DNA from: Scyliorhinus canicula
Lineage: Eukaryota
Length of the DNA: 64,000 nucleotides
NCBI RefSeq assembly: GCF_902713615.1
Contig: NC_052156.1
Location: forward strand, 163,366,789 to 163,430,788
Direction: 5' to 3'
Positions within the stretch are counted from its first letter, which is position 1. The number at the start of each line of letters is the position of its first letter. Below are positions 61,480 through 64,000 of the stretch, in pieces. The position numbers and the translations under genes were made by a program. The notes beneath the pieces were generated by a model. It had not been told where the DNA came from, did not search any database, and saw only the letters and a list, made by a program, of their open reading frames with translations.

Positions 61480-61985
61480 AGACACTGGAACTGTATAAAA
61501 CATTGCGTAGGCCACAGTAAGATTATTGTGTGCAGTTCTGGAATCCACATTATAGGAGGGATGTGATAGCACTGAATAGGGTACAGAGATTTACCAGGAT
61601 GTTGCCTGGGCTGGAGAGTTTTAGCTATGAAGGGAGATTAGATAAACTTGGATTGTTTTCCGTGGAGCAGAGGAGATGGAGGGGGAAACATGATTGAGAT
61701 GCAGAAAATTATGAGGGGCACAGATAAAATAGGAAGGAACTTTTCCCCTTGGTGGAGGGATCAATGACCAAGGGGCAGAGATTTAAGGTAAGGGGCAGGA
61801 GGTTTAGAGGGGGTGTGAGGAAAAACCTTTTCACCCAGAGGGTGGTGGGAGTTTGGAACTCGCTGCCTGAAAGGGCGGTGGAAGCAGAGACCCTCATAAC
61901 GTTTTGATAGGTATTTGGATGTGCTCTTGCGATGTCAAGGCAAACCAGGCTATGGACCGTGCTGGAAAATGGGATTTGAATATTT
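61480..61985 (+). mobile_element. CR1 3' fragment
   Basis: LELYKTL..DYCVQFWNPHYRRDV..FTRMLPGLE..RKNLFTQRVVGVWNSLP. Confidence 0.85.
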
Positions 61986-62816
61986 GGGTGGTTGTTTTTA
62001 GCCGACGCAGATGCACACACAATTTACAGTGCAGAAGGAGGCCATTTGGCCCATCGAGTCTGCACCAGCTCTTGGAACGAGCACCCTACCCAAGGTCAAC
62101 ACCTCCACCCTATCCCCATAACCCAGTAACTCCACCCAACACTAAGGGCAATTTTGGACACTAAGGGCAATTTATCATGGCCAATCCACCCATGCGATGG
62201 GCTGAAGGGCCTTTTATGTGCTGTAGACCTCATCAGCGTGATTTAAAAACATGCTGCTCATTCTCCTCCGCACTAAAGATACTTTTGACAGACCTCATGG
62301 GCAGCCACATAATTATATTTGCCGTTAGCCCAATACATTTGAAAGCTAACAACTTTAAATCTGATTGAACAAGAGACTATAAATTGTGATCTGTAGTGGA
62401 TGATGTCCATTTCTGTGCAAGTGGCGTAGCACAATAGTTAGCACCGTTGCCTCACAGAGCCAGGGTCACAGACTCGATTCTTGGCTTGGGTCACTATCCG
62501 GAGTCTGCACGTTCTCCCCGTGTCTGCGTGGGTTTCCTCCGAGTGCTCCGGTTTCCTCCCACAAGTCCCAAAAGACGCGCTGTTAGGTGAATTGGACATT
62601 CTGAATTCTCCCTCGGTGTACCCAAACAGGCGCCGGAATGTGGCGACTAGGGGATATTCACAGTCACTTCACTGCAATGTTAATGTAAGACTTGTGACAA
62701 TAAACATTATTTTACAATACCGAGGAGTTTCAGTATAGTATCCCTTCTAGGAAATTATAAAAGAATTGTGTGCTACGAATATAAATCAAATTGATTTCAA
62801 GTACAGACATAAAGTA

Positions 62817-62848
62817 TTTTAAGTTGACAATATGTTGTCAACTTAAAA
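62817..62848. repeat. Perfect 14-bp-arm inverted repeat
   Basis: TTTTAAGTTGACAA-TATG-TTGTCAACTTAAAA. Confidence 0.9.
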
Positions 62849-62855
62849 GAAAGAC

Positions 62856-63555
62856 GGGCGAAATTCTCCGACCCCCGCAGTGTCAGAGAATCGCCCGGGG
62901 CCGTCAAAAATCCCGCCCCTGCCGTGGCAGATATTCTCCGCCACCCGGGAATTGGTGGGGGCAGGAATCACCCCACGCCGATCGGCGGGCCCCCTCTGGC
63001 GATTCTCCGGCCTGCGATGGGCCAAAGTCCCGCCGCTGGGAGGCCTCTCCCGCCGCCGAGGTTTGAACCACCTCTGGTGGCGGCGGGATCAGCGGCGTGA
63101 GCGGGCCCCCGGGGTCCTGGGGGGGGGGGGGGGGGGGGCGCGGGGCGATCGGACCCCAGGGGGCGCCCCCATGATCGGGGCCCACCGATCGGCGGGCGGG
63201 CCAGTGCCGTGGGGGCACTCTTTCTCTTCCGCCGCCACCACTGCCTCCACCATGGCGGAGGCGGAAGAGAATTCCCCAGTGCGCACGCGCCTGTGGTGCG
63301 GCAGCTGCCGCTGACGTCACCACCGGCGCATGCGCGAACCGGCGAAGGTCTTTCGGCCAGCCCCGGCGCCGGGTAGCGGGCGTCAAAGGCCGCTGGTGCC
63401 GGTTTTGGTGCCAGTCGGCGTGGTGCCAACCACTCTGGGACGGGCTTAGCCCCCAAAGAATTCCGCAGCTTTGGGGAGGCCCGACGCCGGAGTGGTTGGC
63501 GCCACTCCCCTATGCCGGGACCCCCCGCCCCGCCGGGTAGGGGAGAATCCCGCCC
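62856..63555 (+). mobile_element. GC-rich MITE, second copy of the 34487-35118 family
   Basis: TIRs GGGCGAAATTCTCC / GGAGAATCCCGCCC, collinear with the first copy. No clear TSD here. Confidence 0.8.
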
Positions 63556-64000
63556 CTCGTATGTATTCTATCACAGTCTTTTCAAAATATACTCCGAACT
63601 CCTATGCAAGGCAACTTGATAACTTTGACTCTGGGTTCAAGACCATTGGAAAAGTAATAGCAACCGAAGGCACTTAATATGATGCCTCTTATTGTAGAAA
63701 TGACAGAAAGAGATTTGAAGAGCTACTCCAGAAGGTATACCAGGCTAGTTTGGAAATTTGATTGCAGATGACGGGATCACAATCGCAAAAAAAAAAGGAC
63801 CATCTGAATATTAACCTGAAGAATGAACTTGGAAATGAGGAAAGTTAGCATAATTGTTACTTTTGGTATTTTGGGACATTTGCGTTTTTATGTTCAATAC
63901 TCACCGTTACTTACATCATATAATTCTCTTGAAAATTGGAGGATCTACAACCCAAATATCTTAATACTGTACTGGACGTTGTACAGCTCTAGATAAAATC

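Noticed and set aside
9564-62738. Many recurring short ORFs (e.g. GHCLCGVCTFSPC, SLSVWSLHILP)
   Set aside because: All are translations of the V-SINE body, not a gene family.
21100-64000. PROSER2 coding exons
   Set aside because: The conserved motif (LKYLTHEEKDVLLFFEETID-like) was not found in the window, so no gene symbol is assigned.

Overview
Vertebrate genomic DNA, very likely from a cartilaginous fish (shark). The basis is the dense HE1/V-SINE, SacSINE1-like DeuSINE, CR1 and Penelope repeats; the species cannot be fixed from sequence alone. The window opens inside an ~8 kb G-rich, strand-asymmetric minisatellite whose unit changes stepwise, and this array abuts a CpG island at ~8.1-8.4 kb. 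One complete protein-coding gene is supported: ECHDC3 on the + strand, with five coding exons (10423-10616, 13559-13680, 15186-15283, 17723-17923, 20516-20848; 948 nt, 315 aa). Weaker candidate first exons occur at ~8.2 kb (- strand), ~43.0 kb and ~56.5 kb. By human synteny these could belong to USP6NL and PROSER2, but this is unproven. The rest is transposon landscape: a young 5'-truncated CR1 with an unbroken ORF2, a Harbinger > L1 > L1 nest with readable TSDs, hAT and Harbinger-type MITEs, a hAT transposase relic, two related solo LTRs carrying a CTCF-like motif, Penelope termini with minimal hammerhead-ribozyme cores, and a tRNA-iMet pseudogene. The most interesting pattern is a modular SINE population in which one head/body is joined to three different tails. 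These tails point to CR1, Rex/Babar and L1 partners, fragments of which all lie in the same window. No CRISPR array, rRNA or clearly novel protein system is supported. Repeat boundaries were read by eye and are approximate unless a TSD is quoted.
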